DNA of 64,000 nucleotides from Sphyrna mokarran (Eukaryota): assembly GCA_024679065.1 (NCBI GenBank), contig JAGIQG010000008.1, positions 96,782,001 to 96,846,000 of the forward strand, given 5' to 3'. Below, in pieces: positions 25,293-39,260 of the stretch. Under the pieces are notes generated by a model. That model worked only from the letters and a program-made list of their open reading frames with translations. It ran no database searches and was not told the DNA's origin. Position 1 is the stretch's first letter. Each line of letters starts with the position of its first letter. The translations under genes and the position numbers were made by a program.

Positions 25293-26440
25293 AGCGAGAT
25301 TTTATGGTTCTACTTGTCCCGAAACCATAAAAACCAAATGAGCTGGTAAAATTGCATGACAGTTGAGAAATCGAGATCCTAATTTTTCAGCTTTTGCAAT
25401 CTTACTGGAACACGATTTCCGGCATGCTCAGCTCCTCATCCATTTTTTTTGTGAGAGGCTAAATAATTCACTTAAATATATTTAAATATTCATTAGCATC
25501 TATTTAGTGAGCCTGATACTCAATTTTCTTGGCTCGCGCTTTATGGCCTCGCTGGGAAAGGTTCTCTCTAGCAAGGAAAACAGCTGCTCCCGATGAACCT
25601 GGAATAGTTGTGTTACCCAAGCCGGTAGAACTGTGGGCCATTGAGGCTCCCCTGGGGAGGCTGAGGGCAAAGGGGCTGCCCCTTATGCAGTGTTAGCTTG
25701 GCAGTGCTAACCTGACACCATGGCACTGCTGGTCTGGAACCTAGGCATTGTCCACTGGGTACCTTTGCACTACCCAACTGGTAGTGCCAGGAGGCTGTTC
25801 CTGAAGAGGTGAGGTCTATGGGATGGGATCTATAGATGTGGGGCCTATTGGGCAGGCCTGAAGGGAATGGAGCATGAAGTGGCAGGGCTGGGAGGAGGTG
25901 GGTCCAGGATGGGCAGCTTGAATAGTGAACAGAGGAAGATCTGCTGCACATACTTCAGTTGTGATCAATGGGAGGGAGGCCCGCTGATGCTCAGTCTATG
26001 ATTAATGGAGGTGGGAGCACTGTGCATTCAGCCTGCAAACAGTTGTGGGGGTTTGGGGGGCACATTCAGTCTGGCTGGTGGAGGAGATGGAAGGGACTAC
26101 AATTTTGGGTATTGCAGGGCTCATGATAGGCTACGGCCTCTGTAATTGCTGGGAGGGGGCATTGGTTCAGGCTGGCTTTGGCAGCAGAGGCCTGACTGTT
26201 CTCTTTCCCTATCAAGGTTTGTTGTTAGAATTGCGCAGATGAACAGAGGTCTGCACATATGCAATAGCTCCCTCTGCTGCTGGCTGGCAAGTTAAACCCC
26301 GCCCACTGTTTCTAGTAGCTGAAACATGGGCTAGACTACGTACACAAGATTGGAAGTAACTCATCCAAGAAATGGATCCGCAACTCTCCCATTTTCATGC
26401 TAGCTAGACATTTAGAAATTTTCTTGTAAAATTCTATCTA
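25293..26440. mobile_element. Related non-autonomous DNA transposon
   Basis: Ends gagcgagattttatgg and ttgtaaaattctatc; ggcagtgc/ggcactgc repeats. Confidence 0.45.
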
Positions 26441-26828
26441 TTTTCCCTCAGGTTGCTTACCAGTTCGTCAAACACATTCTCTCTCAGCAGCTCACTTGAC
26501 TCTCTTCATCAGTTTCTTTGCATCTGAAGACACTCAAACAGCCTCAATTCACATCCTCCTGAACTCAGTCTTTTGCAGGCCCTTAGCTCGTCAACTCTGT
26601 TCAAGCCCGCGCCTTTTTATAACCTCCCCTAATTCCTGTTCCAGTGTACTGCTGTCTGGGAAATGTTGTTCATGTGTCCTGTTGTTTTAGTCTGGACAAG
26701 AGGAAATGTGGGAAAGATAGCACCCCTTCTGATCTCAGCCTAATGCTGCATAAGGGTGAATTAATAGATTTGGTAAAAAGGAGGATACATCTAACACCTG
26801 TGCATTAGAGTGAAGCACAGATGTTATT

Positions 26829-27125
26829 GGGCAGCACAGTGACACAGTCATTAGCACTGCTGCCTCACAGCGTCCGGGACCCAAGTTCGATATCCAGTTT
26901 GCGTCACGGTCTATATGGAATCTGCACATTCTCCCTGTGTCTGCATGAGTTTCCTCTGGGTGCTAGGGTTTTCTCCCACAGTCTGAAAAGACATGCTGGT
27001 TAGATGCTAAATTCTCCCTCAGTGTACATAAACAGGCACCGACGAATGCAACTAGGGGGTTTTCACAGTAACTTCATTGCAGTGTTAATGTAAGTTTACT
27101 TGTGTTAAACTAATAAATAAACTTA
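26829..27125 (+). mobile_element. V-SINE with MER6-like tail
   Basis: tRNA-like head (ggcagcacagtgacacagtc...gttcgatatcc), V-domain (ctccctgtgtctgcatgagtttcctctggg), tail ttttcacagtaacttcattgcagtgttaatgtaag...aataaa. Confidence 0.8.
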
Positions 27126-27329
27126 AGATTTAATCAAATGCTGTACCTTAAGGTCCTAATGTCAGCAGAATTCTCCAGCAAGGTTTTCTACTTGTTTGAA
27201 GAACAGGCAGTTTGTAACTTGATTACAGGCGAGCTTTTGGGTGGAAAGTTTAATAAAACAAGTATGGAACTATGTTCTGCATACTGATTAACTGTATAAA
27301 CAGTCTGTATCTTCACTTGAATCCATCAC

Positions 27330-29035
27330 TATGGCATACATTAAAGATGCCAAAAGACAGTACCAGACCAAGCTAGAGTCCCAGGCTAGCCACACTGACT
27401 CCCACCAACTATGGCAAGATCTGCAAGACATAACAGACTACAGGACGAAGGCATGTAAAATCTGCAGCTCCAACATACCTCTCCCTGATGCATTCTACGC
27501 TCATTTTGAGCAAAAGGTCAGCGAGACCATGCTCTCCACCCTGAAAGCCCTGGATGAACCTGTATCTGGAGTCACCATTGCAAATGTCAGAACAGCTTTC
27601 TTGAAGGTCAATCTGCGGAAAGCAACTGGCTGAGATGGGATAAGTGGACGTGCACTCAGATCCTGCATGAATCAGTTGGTGGAAGTATTCACAGACATCT
27701 TCAACTTCTCTTTACAACAATCTAAGGTCCCTTTCTGCTTCAAGAAGATGACCATCATCCTGGTACCTATGAAAAACCAACCATGCCTTAATGACTATCG
27801 GCCAGTGGCTCTGACATCCATCGTTATGAAGTGTTTCAAAAGGTTAGTCATGGCACAAATCAATTCCAGTCTCTGGGCTACATGGATCCATTACAGTTTG
27901 CCTACTGCTACAACAGGTCCACAGCAGATGCCATTTCCTGCCCCTTCACTCAATCCTGGAAAGCTTAGATAACAAGGACACCTATGTCAGCCTCCTATTT
28001 ATTGACTATAGCTCAGCCTTCAAAACTATTATTCCCGCAAAACTCATCTCCAAACTCTGTGGCTTGGGCCTTTGCACCTTCTTCTGCTTCTGGATTTTGA
28101 ACTTCCGAACTTACGGACCACAATCAGTAAAGAAGGCAACAACACCTCCTCCAAGATCATCCTCAACACTGGTGCCCTACAAGGCTGTGTTCTCAGTCCC
28201 CTACTATGCACCTTCTACACCTATGGCATGTGGCCAAATTCCCCTCCAATTTGATTTTCAAGTTTGACATCACCATAGTTGGTCAGATCTCAAACAATGA
28301 CAAGACGATGTACAGAAATGAGATAGAGAATCTGGTGAACAGGTGCGGCAATAATAATCTCTCCCTCAATGTCAGCAAAATGAAGGAGATTGTCTACATC
28401 AACAAGGACAAAGTAGAAAGGGTCGAGAGCTTCAGGTTTTTAGGTGTCCAGATCACCAACAACCTTTCCTGGTTCTCCCCATGCTAATACTATACTTAAG
28501 AAAGCCCACCAACGCCTTTACTTTCTCAGAACTCTCACCAACTTTTACAGGTGCGTCATAGAAAGGATTTTTCCTGGTTGTGTCACAGCTTGGTATGGCT
28601 CCTGCTCTGTCCAAGACCGCAAGTAACCACAAAAGGTCATGAATGTAGCCCAATCCATCATGCAAACCAGTTTCCCTTCCATTGACTCTGTTGATACTTC
28701 CTGCTGCCTTGGCAAAGCATCCAGCATAATTAAGGACCTCACGCATCCTGGATATTCTCTCTTCCTTCGGGAATAAGATACAAAAATCTGATGTCACATA
28801 CCAACCGACTCAAGAACAGCTTCATCCCTGCTGCTGTCAGACTTTTGAATGGATTTACCTTGCATTAAGTTGATCTTTGTCTGTACCCTATCCAAGACCG
28901 TAATATTACATTTTGCACTTTCTTGTTTCCTTTCCTATGAATGGTTGTTCTTGTCTATATAAGTTGGCAGAAACAATACTTTTCACTGTATGTTAATACA
29001 TATAACAATAATAAATCAAATCAAATCAAATCAAA
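27330..29035 (+). mobile_element. Rex1/Babar non-LTR retrotransposon, decayed
   Basis: [53 protein letters not shown]; tail aataaa(tcaaa)4. Confidence 0.85.
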
Positions 29036-30817
29036 CTTGATGGAGGGAGGTATCAGAATGTACTCCCTGAAATTGCTTTATTAGAGCTGTGTCAAAACTG
29101 TCTTAGAGGAGGCTGCAGCTCTAGTTTCTCTGGGGTAGTTTCCTTTGGGCTTGAATCATGAATAAACAATTGTAGCCTATCCTTTGGTTCCTTGCGATTG
29201 GTTTGAATAAATCTACCACATCACAGGGTGTAGAAGAAATTTACCAAAATGGTTCAAGGGGTGAGGGAATTTAACTCATTCAGGTTGGAGAAGTTAAGGA
29301 TGTACTGGAACAAAGTAGATTCAGGAGAGATCTGATAGACCTGTACAATATTCTGCAGATTTAGATAAGGTAGACAAAGCAAAGCTGTTCCTATTACTTG
29401 ATGTTACTGCCTATGAAACACATATTTGAGGATTTGAGTATGGTGGGGAAGAATTGTTTTTAAGAAGAGAGTGGCAACAAACATGACCTTGCTGCATACG
29501 AAGGTGGAGGAAGCAGAGATGATGAATGATTTCAAAATAAAATTAGATAAGCATTTGAGCAAAATAAACTTGCAGAGCAATGGGGACAAATTTGTGGATG
29601 AGACTGGTTGGATTGCTCTATGGAGAGTTAACATGGATTTGATAGATCAAATAATCCCATATTTAGTCATAATGAGTCTACTAGCTATATAACAAAAAAG
29701 ATACTTAGGAGGGTGCATTTTATAACTTAACATTTTTATACCTGAATTTCTTTAAAATGTTGACTTTAAAAGAATGAGACTGAACAATTACCGTCAGGCA
29801 CTCCTACTTAGTACTATACAGAGTAAACATGTAGTAATGATCCTTTACTCTGTTAAAGCAATGCAGCCCCATCTAACCTCAGAAAAATTCACAAGCTGCA
29901 TCAATGGGAATCTTTTCTTTACCCACACCAGCTCTCTTTGACTTCTTGACTAGGTTACTAGCCAAATATATTAACTAACTGGAATTGCACAAGGAAAATA
30001 TTCAAGTGTTTTTATGTCAAACAAGGTTAGATAAAAGGGTGGGATGCACAGACGAATAAATTCGGTACAGGAGTTTGAACGTGAACACTGCTAATCTGAT
30101 TGTAAACTCACTCCACATTCCTGCCTACTCATAATAAACTTTCACCCCTTTGTTAATCAATAATCTACAAAGCTCTGCCTTAAAAATGCTCAAAGTCTCC
30201 TCTTTCACTGCCTTTTGAGAAAGAGTTCCAAAGATGTTTGACCATCTGAGAGAAAATAATTCTCCCCTGTCTTAAATGAACAGCTCGTTATTTTTACACA
30301 TTGACACCTCATTCTAGATTCTCCAGAAAAGAGGAAGCATCCTCCCACAGTCAACTTCAGGATCATAAATGTTTAGATTAAGTCACCTCTTACTGTTCTA
30401 AACGGGGTGGAATAATTTGATCGAGGACAAGATTTTGAAAGGGGTAAAGAGGCAGATGGAGAAGAAAATGTTACAGAACCAGGATAATAAAGAGGAGGAA
30501 AGGAAAAGAAAGAATGATATAATGGGAAGCTGCAGGACAAGTGTTGGAAAAAGAGATAGAATAAAATAGGAAAAAGAAAAAGAGAGTATTTAATGGAAGA
30601 GGAAGAGACAATGAGGAGATGGTGGGGAGAAGTGGATACACTTACTACTGTTGATCAACTCCCTCACACTCTCACCTGTTCCTATCTCTGTAATCTCTTC
30701 TAGCTGTACAACCCTCAGATAAATCTTGGTTGATCTAACTATAGCTTCTTATGCAGTCATCATCCTTTGTCTCACCATTGTCAGCTGTGACTACAGCTGC
30801 CTATTCCCAGAACTCTG

Positions 30818-31470
30818 AATTTTTTTTAATTTCGAAAATATACTTTATTCATTAAAAAAACTCAAATAGACAATTGCAAACCTACTTACCTAAAAATTAC
30901 AAACAGTGCAAAAAAGAATCATTTTTACAGTGCTATACTATGCTTATTTATACAAAATTACAATCATTACATTTCAAAACTTAAAACTATATACATGCCT
31001 CAGATTTTACTGTGTGCTGTTATTTTTCAGATTGGCACACAGTTACGTAGGCTAACGGTATTTGGGCTCTTGGTCTGCCTCGGTTGAAAGGCTTTACAAT
31101 GTGGCTTTTCCCCATTGTGCCTTTGCGCATCACTCAGCACGTAGTTTTGGACCTTGGAATAGAACATAGAACACTATAGCACAAACAGGCCCTTCAACCC
31201 ATAAGTTGTGCCAATCATACATAGCAGCAATAGAACTATCTATAACTCTCAACCCCATTAAATCCCATGTACTCATCCAGAAGTCTTTTAAAAGACCCCA
31301 GTGAGTTCGCCTCTACCACCATTGATGGCAGCCAATTCCACTCACTCACCACCCTCTGTAACCTGTATGAACGTGCCAGACTGCAACACTCAGTCGAGGA
31401 CAAATCTTTCAACTGGAAGATTGGTCTGCCTGAAAAGATTGCAGATTCCCTTCCCAAAGCCCATTTTGGA
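30818..31470 (-). mobile_element. L1/Tx1-like 3' end, interrupted by a CR1 fragment
   Basis: On the minus strand ends in aataaa plus an A-rich tail; ORF-end remnant (SKVQNYVL) split by the CR1 insert. Confidence 0.5.
31159..31358 (-). mobile_element. CR1 3' fragment (same subfamily as 11660-12990)
   Basis: VVSEWNWLPSMVVEANSLGSFKRLLDEYMGFNGVESYR is nearly identical to ORF 12795-12977. Confidence 0.9.
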
Positions 31471-33800
31471 GAGCACATCCATCAAGTAGTTGTGTGATAT
31501 TTTGCCAAACGCCTTCTCCTGGTCTAAGCTGATGAGCATGTATGCACTTGCCTGTCCTGCACATAGGCAATCATATTCCTGGGAATCCGCAATTGGATCT
31601 GACTGCTCTACACAGACATCAGTAGTGCAGTTTCAATCAATGGATGGGAATCAGATGGCACGGAGGTGATCATATCCCTGAGTAGCACGAGGCTATCAGA
31701 GAATTCTGAAATGTTTTGCCTAAAGCTGGCCACCAATCCATTCCTTTAAGACTCTAAAAACTTATCTCTTCAATCAAGCTATTAGTCATCCTTCTTATAG
31801 TTCATTCTTTGAATGTTTAGTGTTTTTCTGATTACATTCTTGTGAAGTGCATCAGAATGTTCTTGTACATTAAAGTTGCTCTAGCCTTCTTGGTCAAACT
31901 TCATTCAGTACTACTCTTTGCTTTGTTTCTATACTTACATTTCCTGTCAAGTCCTCTCTGGCTTAACTTGTCTTTGAGTCACACCTCCTATTTCCTTGAT
32001 CCTTTTCCCACTAAACTGGTCATCACCTAACTTCGCCTCTTGACTTCCATGTTAGCTGATATTATAAATTATTACTTTAGGTGTACTTCCTCTCTCCTTT
32101 AAATATGCTGTGATCACCCCTTGCTCAGAAAGAATCACTTGACCCTCTGAACTTGCAAACTGCCATCTCACCTCCAATCTTAATTTGCTCTCCAAGGTCC
32201 TTTAACATATTGTCATCTACAAATACATTCCCATCTTTCTCCAAATCCCAGGCAAAATCTTACCAAAAAATGGCAGTGTTGTTTCTGGCGAGAAAACCAA
32301 CATGCTTTTCTCCTGAGAAACCGGTTATTTTATTTCCTGTTCTTACAGCACTTTGCAAAAAAAAAAATCAAGACCATGTTTCACACCATCAGACCAGGGT
32401 ATGCAGCCTCAACACAGGCAAAACAGATTGCTCAGAGATCTGAGCGCCATCTTCAAAGGGCACCCTGACCAGCACTTGAGTAAACGTCACCCACAGCCCA
32501 CCACGGAGGTCTCTGGGAGTCCCCTTCCGCATCCCTGATCTGAACTGGCACTTCTCTAACTACCCTTCAATTATTTCCCCTTCTTCTCCCTAATCATCTA
32601 TACCATCTCCCCCCAGCCACCACCAAATCTAAATGGGAATCCCATTTCCCATCATGAGTCCCCAAATGGGATTCACCCCTTCGCACAGGTTGACACTGCC
32701 TGGACATGTCCCTTTCCCTGGGGGTTACATCTACATTTATGACTCAGGGAGACTCCACGACACATCTTGGTGAACCTGTTGTAAACGGCACCAGTGCTAC
32801 ATCAAGCTGTTGTCTGCTGTATATCCAGCGAGGGGAAAAGTCCCAATGAGAGTTCTCACTAATAACATACTACTGTGTTAAAATGAGCTTTCTGCAGTCC
32901 TGCAGCATATGCTTCATGCCACACCACCAGTGAGGGACCTGTATAAACTCAGAAATTCAGCAGCATAAATCATGCTCTCCTGATTTTGAGAACATGCAGC
33001 CATTCCCACAGACAGAGAGTGCAGGCTTAACATTCCTCCCCTTACCATTTCTAAATCCCAAGATCTCTGTCCCTGCCGTGTTACCAAAATGGCTCTTAGT
33101 AAAGTCATAAATGATGTCCTATGTATCTATGACAACAGGAAATATTCTTTCCTCATCCTTCTTGACATGTCTGTCACCTTTGACAAGGTTGATCACAACA
33201 TCCTCCATCATATATCCGCTATTGTCTAGTTGGGTAGGATTGATCTTATGTGGTTCCATCCTTTTCTATCTAACCATAGCCAGATAATCACTTGCAATGA
33301 TTTCTCTTCCTGTTCCCACATTGTTACCTCCAGTATTCCCCAAGGATCAATCTTTTGTTCCTTCATCAACATCCATTGCATGGGATATCTTTCCATGTTA
33401 TTTCATTTTATATCATCTAAAAGCATCAGGTTAGTTTTCAGTGTGTGGTCTAAAGACACCCAGCTTTACTTTACCACCCTATATCTTGCCCCCTCTACTA
33501 TTACAAAATTGTCTGATTGCATACCAACATCACGCTGTTGGATGAGATCCCACATTTTACCTTCTAAATTTAAGGTTATCTAAAATCATGCTGCCTCTGT
33601 CTTAACTTGCAGCAAGTCCTATTCTACTATCACCCCTTGTTTACTGTTCTATTTTGGCTCCCAATCAAGCAATTTCTTGATTTCATAATTCTCATTCTTG
33701 TGTTCAAATCCCTCCTTTCCCTCACCCCTTTGTAATCTACACCAATCACACAATCCTCCAAGATATCTATGCTCCTCTAAATCTGGCCCAATCATAATCA

Positions 33801-36800
33801 TGACTCAGGGCTGGTGTGTTGCCTCCCAGGGGCTGGGGTCCAGGATGTCGCAGATCGGGTTTTTAAGCTTCTTAAGGGAGAGGGGAGTCAGCCCCAAGTC
33901 ATAGTTCATGTAGGGACACATGATATAGGAAGGACGAGGGAAGGGGATATTAAACAGAAATTTATGGAGTTGGGGTGGAAGCTTAGGGCCAAAACTGGCA
34001 GAGTGGTTATCTCTGGACTCTTGCCTGTGCCAAGGGATAGTTTAGAGAAGAACAGAGAGAGGGAATGTTTGAACTCGTGGCTGCAGGGATGGTGCAAGAG
34101 GGAGGGGTTCAGGTTCCTGAACAATTGGGACTCATTCTGGGATAGGTGGGACCTCTACAAGAGAGATGGTCTACACCTGAAACAGAGGGGAACTAATATC
34201 TTGGGGGGAAAATTTGCTAAGGCTATGCAGGGAGCTTTAAACTGATTTGGGGGGGAGGTGGGATCCTAGGTAGTTGGGGTGCTAAGAGGGATGAGAGTAA
34301 GGGGGTCATAGAGGAAAGCTGTAAAACACAGCAGCGTACGGGTGGGGTAGGGCATGGTTTGAAATGCGTATACTTTAATGCAAGGAGTATTCGCAATAAG
34401 GGGGAGGAACTTGCAGCTTGGACCAGTACCTGGAACTTCGATGTTGTGGCCATTTCAGAGACTTGGTAGAGCAGGGACAAGAATGGATGTTGCAGGTTCC
34501 GGGGTTCAAATGCTTTAGTCGGAGTAGAGAAGGAGGTAGAAGGGGGGAGGAGTGGCATTATTAGTCAAAGACTGTATCACAGTGACAGAAAAGAAGTTTG
34601 ATGAGGACTTGTCTGTTGAGGTAGTATGGGCTGAGATTAGAAATAGGAGAGGAGAGGTCACCCTGTTGGGAGTCTTTTATAGACCTCCTAAAAGTTCTAG
34701 AGAGGTTGAGGAAAGGATTGCAAAGTCAATTCTAGTCAGGAGTGAAAGTAATAGGGTAATTGTTATGGGGGACTTTAACTTTACTAATATTGATTGGAAT
34801 AGCTATAGCTCTAGCTCATTAGAGGGGTCAGTTTTCGTACAAAGTGTGCAGGAAGGTTTTTTGACTCAGTATGTAGATAGGCCAACTAGAGGTGAAGCTA
34901 CATTGGATTTGGTGCTGGGCAATGAGCCAGACCAGGTGTTAGGCTTGGAAGTTAGTGAACATTTTGGTGATAGTGACCACAATTCGGTTACGTTCACCTT
35001 AGTGATGGAGAGGGATAGGCATGAAGCTGGGGGCAGTAGTTATAGCTGGGGGAAGGGTAATTATGAGGCCATCAGGAGAGAATTAGGGTGCATAGATTGG
35101 ACTAGGAAACTACAGGGACTGGGAACATCTGGAATGTGGAGCTTATTCAAGGAGCAGCTGCTGCGAGTCCTTGATAAGTATGTCCCTGTCAGGCAAGGAG
35201 GAAATGGTCGAGTAAGGGAACCTTGGTGTACGAGAAAAGTTGATTCGCTGGTTAAAAGGAAAAAGGAGGCTTATGTCAGGATGAGGCTTGAAGGCTCAGT
35301 TAGTGCAATGGATAGCTATATATTAGCCAGGAGGGAGCTAAAGAGTGAATTGAGGAGAGCGAAGAGGGGACACGAGAAGACTTTGGCTAATAGGATTAAG
35401 GAGAATCCTAAAGCTTTCTTTAGAACATAGAACATAGAACATAGAACATTACAGCACAGAACAGGCCCTTCGGCCTTCGATGTTGTGCCGACCAAAATAA
35501 AAAGCAATGCCCCTCCAAACTAAACCATTCCCTTCTCTTCCATATACTTATCAATTACCTCTTAAACGCCACCAAACTTGGCGCATCTACAACAGCTGCA
35601 GGCAGGGCATTCCACTCCCTAATCACTCTTTGAGTAAAGAACCTACCTCTGATATCCGTCCTATAACTCATACACCTTAATTTAAAGCTGTGTCCCCTCG
35701 TGCTAGCTTTCTCCATCCAAGGAAAAAGGCTATCACTGTCCACCCTATCTAAACCTCTAATCATCTTATATGCTTCAATAAGATCCCCTCTTAGCCGCCT
35801 CCTTTCTAACGAAAACAACCTCACATCCTTCCACCTCTCTTCATAGGACCTGCCCTCCATACCAGGCAACATCCTGGTAAACCTCCTCTGTACCCTCTCC
35901 AATGCCTCCATATCTTTCTTATAATGTGGCGACCAGAGCTGCACACAGTACTCCAAGTGCGGCCGCACTAGAGTTTTGTACAGTTGCAACATGATGCTGT
36001 GGCTCCTAAATTCAATCCCCCTACCAATAAAAGCTAAGGCTCCATATGCCTTCTTAACAACTTTATCCACTTGACTGCCTACTTTCAGGGATAGATATGT
36101 TAAGAATAGAAGATTGGTTAGGACAAGATTAGGGCCAGTCACAGACAGCAGTGGGAAGTTGTGCGTGGAGCCTGAAGAGATTGGAGAGGCACTGAATAAA
36201 GATTTCTCTTCGGTATTCATGCAGGGTGATGTAAATGTAGTTATGGAGAACACTGAGGTACAGGGTTGCAAACTGGAAAGTATTGAAGTAGATAGGGAGG
36301 ATGTGATAGATATTCTCGAGGGTTTGAAGTTGGATAAGTCCCCTGGGCCGGACGGGATTTACCCTAGGATTCTCTTGGAGGCAAGAGAGGAGATTGCAGA
36401 GCCTCTGGCTCTGATCTTCAGGTCCTCGTTGGTTACGGGTGTGGTTCCGGAGGACTGGAGGATAGCGAATGTGGTCCCATTGTTCAAGAAGGGAAAGAGA
36501 GACCTTCCAGGGAATTATAGGCCAGTGAGTCTTACTTCTGTTGTGGGCAAAGTATTGGAGAGAATTATTAGGGATAGGATTTATAGTTATTTAGAGAGCA
36601 ATGAATTGATTGGGGATAGTCAGCATGGTTTTGTGAAGGGTAGGTCGTGCCTTACTAACCTTATTGAGTTTTTTGAAAAAGTGACCAAAGAGGTGGATGG
36701 GGTAAGGCGGTTGATGTGGTATATATGGACTTTAGTAAGGCTTCGATAAGGTGTCCCATGGAAGGCTTCTGCAGAAAATGCAGATGTATGGGATAGAGGG

Positions 36801-37885
36801 TGATTTAGCTAATTGGATTAGGAATTGGCTAGCAGATAGAAGACAGAGGGTGTGGTTGATGGGAGATATTCATCGTGGAGTTCGGTTACAAGTGGTGTAC
36901 CTCAGGGGTCTGTTTTGGGGCCCCTGCTGTTTGTAATTTTTATAAATGATCTGGATGAGGGTATTGAGGGATGGATCAGTAAATTTGCAGATGACACTAA
37001 AGTCGGTGGAGTGGTAGATAGTGAAGAGGGGTGTTATAGCTTGCAGAGTGACTTGGACAAGTTGCAGAGCTGGGCCGAGAGGTGGCAAATGGAGTTTAAT
37101 GTGGAAAGTGTGAGGTAATGCACTTTGGCAGGAATAATAAATGTGTAGAGTATAGGGCTAATGGTAGGATTCTTAATAGTGTTGATGAACAGAGGGATCT
37201 TGGCGTATTTGTGCATAGATCCCTGAAAGTAGGCAGTCAAGTCGATTAGGTTGTTAAGAAGGCATACGGAGTCTTAGCTTTTATTGGTAGGGGGATTGAA
37301 TTTCGGAGCCGCAACGTCATTTTGCAACTGTACAAAACTCTAGTGCGGCCGCACTTGGAGTATTGTGTGCAGTTCTGGTCCCCACGTTATAAGAAAGATG
37401 GGGAGGCATTGGAGAGGGTACAGAGGAGGTTTACCAGGATGTTGCCTGGTATGGAGGGCAGGTCTTATGAGGAGAGGCTGAGGGATTTGAGGTTGTTTTC
37501 GTTAGAAAAGAGGCGGCTAAGAGGGGACCTAATCGAAACATATAAGATGATTAGAGGCTTAGATAGGGTGGACAGTGATAGCCTTTTTCCTAGGATGGAG
37601 AAAGCTAGCACGAGGGGACACAGCTTTAAATTAAGGGGTGATAGTTATAGGACGGATATCAGAGTTAGGTTCTTTACCCAAAGGGTGGTTCGGGAGTGGA
37701 ATGCCCTGCCTGCAGCTGTTGTAGATGCGCCAAGTTTGGTGGCGTTTAAGAGGTTAGTTGATAAGTATATGGAAGAGAAGGGAATGGTTTAGTTTGGAGG
37801 GTCAATGCTTTTTATATTGGTCGGCGCAACATCGAAGGCCGAAGGGCCTGTTCTGTGCTGTAATGTTCTATGTTCTATGTTCTAT
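33801..37885 (+). mobile_element. Near-full-length CR1 LINE (ORF1 SGNH-esterase part + ORF2 EN/RT)
   Basis: 33814-34245 CLPGA..VHVGTHD..VISGLLP..DGLHL; 34552-35430 endonuclease; 36114-37792 RT; (TTCTATG)n tail; cataatca on both flanks (33793-33800, 37888-37895). Confidence 0.95.
35425..36092 (-). mobile_element. CR1 3' fragment of the same subfamily, nested antisense
   Basis: Reverse complement of 37219-37885; splits the host's KAFFR|YVKNRR; TAGA at both junctions. Confidence 0.95.
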
Positions 37886-38789
37886 TCCATAATCAATCAT
37901 AATCTTGCCTTCTGTTATCTCGGTTCCCAGCTCTGGAATTCCCCTCTTCCTGTCTGCCTTAGTTTCAACCTTTAAGTTTCTATCTTAAAACCCACCTCCT
38001 TGATGAAGTTTTTGATCATGTGACCTAATATCTCCTTGTGGTTTGCTGCCAAATTTTAAGAATTCATTTATAGGATGTGGGTGTTGCTGACTAGACAAGT
38101 ATTAATTGCCCATTTCTAATTGCCCTTGAGAAAGTCGTGCTCAGATCATTGCAACATAGGCCAATCTGCAACTCAACAAACAGTAGTCTTAAATTGAGCT
38201 ATCATATCCATACTTTTAAAACAAGCAGGATTATTCATCTACTGAGCTTCCACAGCCTGAACTTCACCATTTTCCTTTTGACCTCTAGTTTTCAAAATGA
38301 AAAGGACTTATGAATTGTCAACAAACATTATCAACAATCCATTATAACACTTAGTTGTGGATTGTTAATTGGATTAGCAATTAGGTCAGATGCACATTAC
38401 ATATTTGACCTCCAGCAATGTTATAACTAATCATTTATGTCTCCTTTTACCAGAATATTCCCTACTCGGTGTGATTCAGAATGGGAATTCTTGCATTATG
38501 TTAGATTGTATGCGTGAACCTTCCAATGCTTTACACTATATCTAGCAGTAGCTGCTAAGTGGGGCTGAGATAAGCACACTCTCGCTGTTTTGTTTTAGAC
38601 AGTATACACATTGAATACAAATGTTGTCTATGGAAAAGTCTAAAGGGAGCAATGATCTAATCCAGCTAGCCATCGTTGCATAGGATAATTTTGACACTCT
38701 CTATTTCTGAGTCAAGCATGCAAGGTGAACAGATGGCCTATTTACATGATTGCTGATAATGTCAATCGTGTAGGCTGTGGATCTATGGG

Positions 38790-39260
38790 AGTAGATATGG
38801 ACGACATCATCAAACGTGAGGATACCATTCTCCAGATACACGGTACATACTCTTGCAACTCGGCCAACGTTGTCTACCTAATACGTTGCAAGAAAGGATG
38901 TCCCGAAGCATGGTACATTGGGGAGACAATGCAGACACTACGACAGCGGATGAATGAACATCGCTTAACAATCACCAGTCAAAACAGTTCCCTTCCTGTG
39001 GGCGAACACTTCAGCAGTTCAGCATGGGCATTCGGCCTCCGACCTGCGGGTAAATGTTCTTCAAGGGGGCCTTCATGACATACGACAGTGCAGAGTCGCT
39101 GAGCAGAAACTGATAGCCAAGTTCCGCACACATGAGGACGGCCTTAATAGGGATCTTAGCTTCATGACACACTATCTGTAACCCCGGTAACTTGCCTGGG
39201 TTAGCAAAAAACCTCACTTACTGTGCTGTCTGGAGAAAATACACAATTCTCTAACCAATT
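38790..39260 (+). mobile_element. Penelope-like element, GIY-YIG endonuclease fragment
   Basis: CNSANVVYLIRCKKGCPEAWYIGETMQTLRQRMNEH...PVGEHF. Confidence 0.9.

Larger units (their letters stand above)
32030..38060 (+). mobile_element. Old L2-type LINE fragmented by later insertions (pieces ~32030-32250, 33050-33800, 37890-38060)
   Basis: LILLDMSVTFDKVDHNIL, FLSNHSQ, SSIPQGSI, DTQLY motifs; L2-like 3' region resumes after the CR1. Confidence 0.65.

Noticed and set aside
33814-34245. Stand-alone SGNH esterase gene
   Set aside because: It is the ORF1 esterase domain of the CR1, directly upstream of ORF2.
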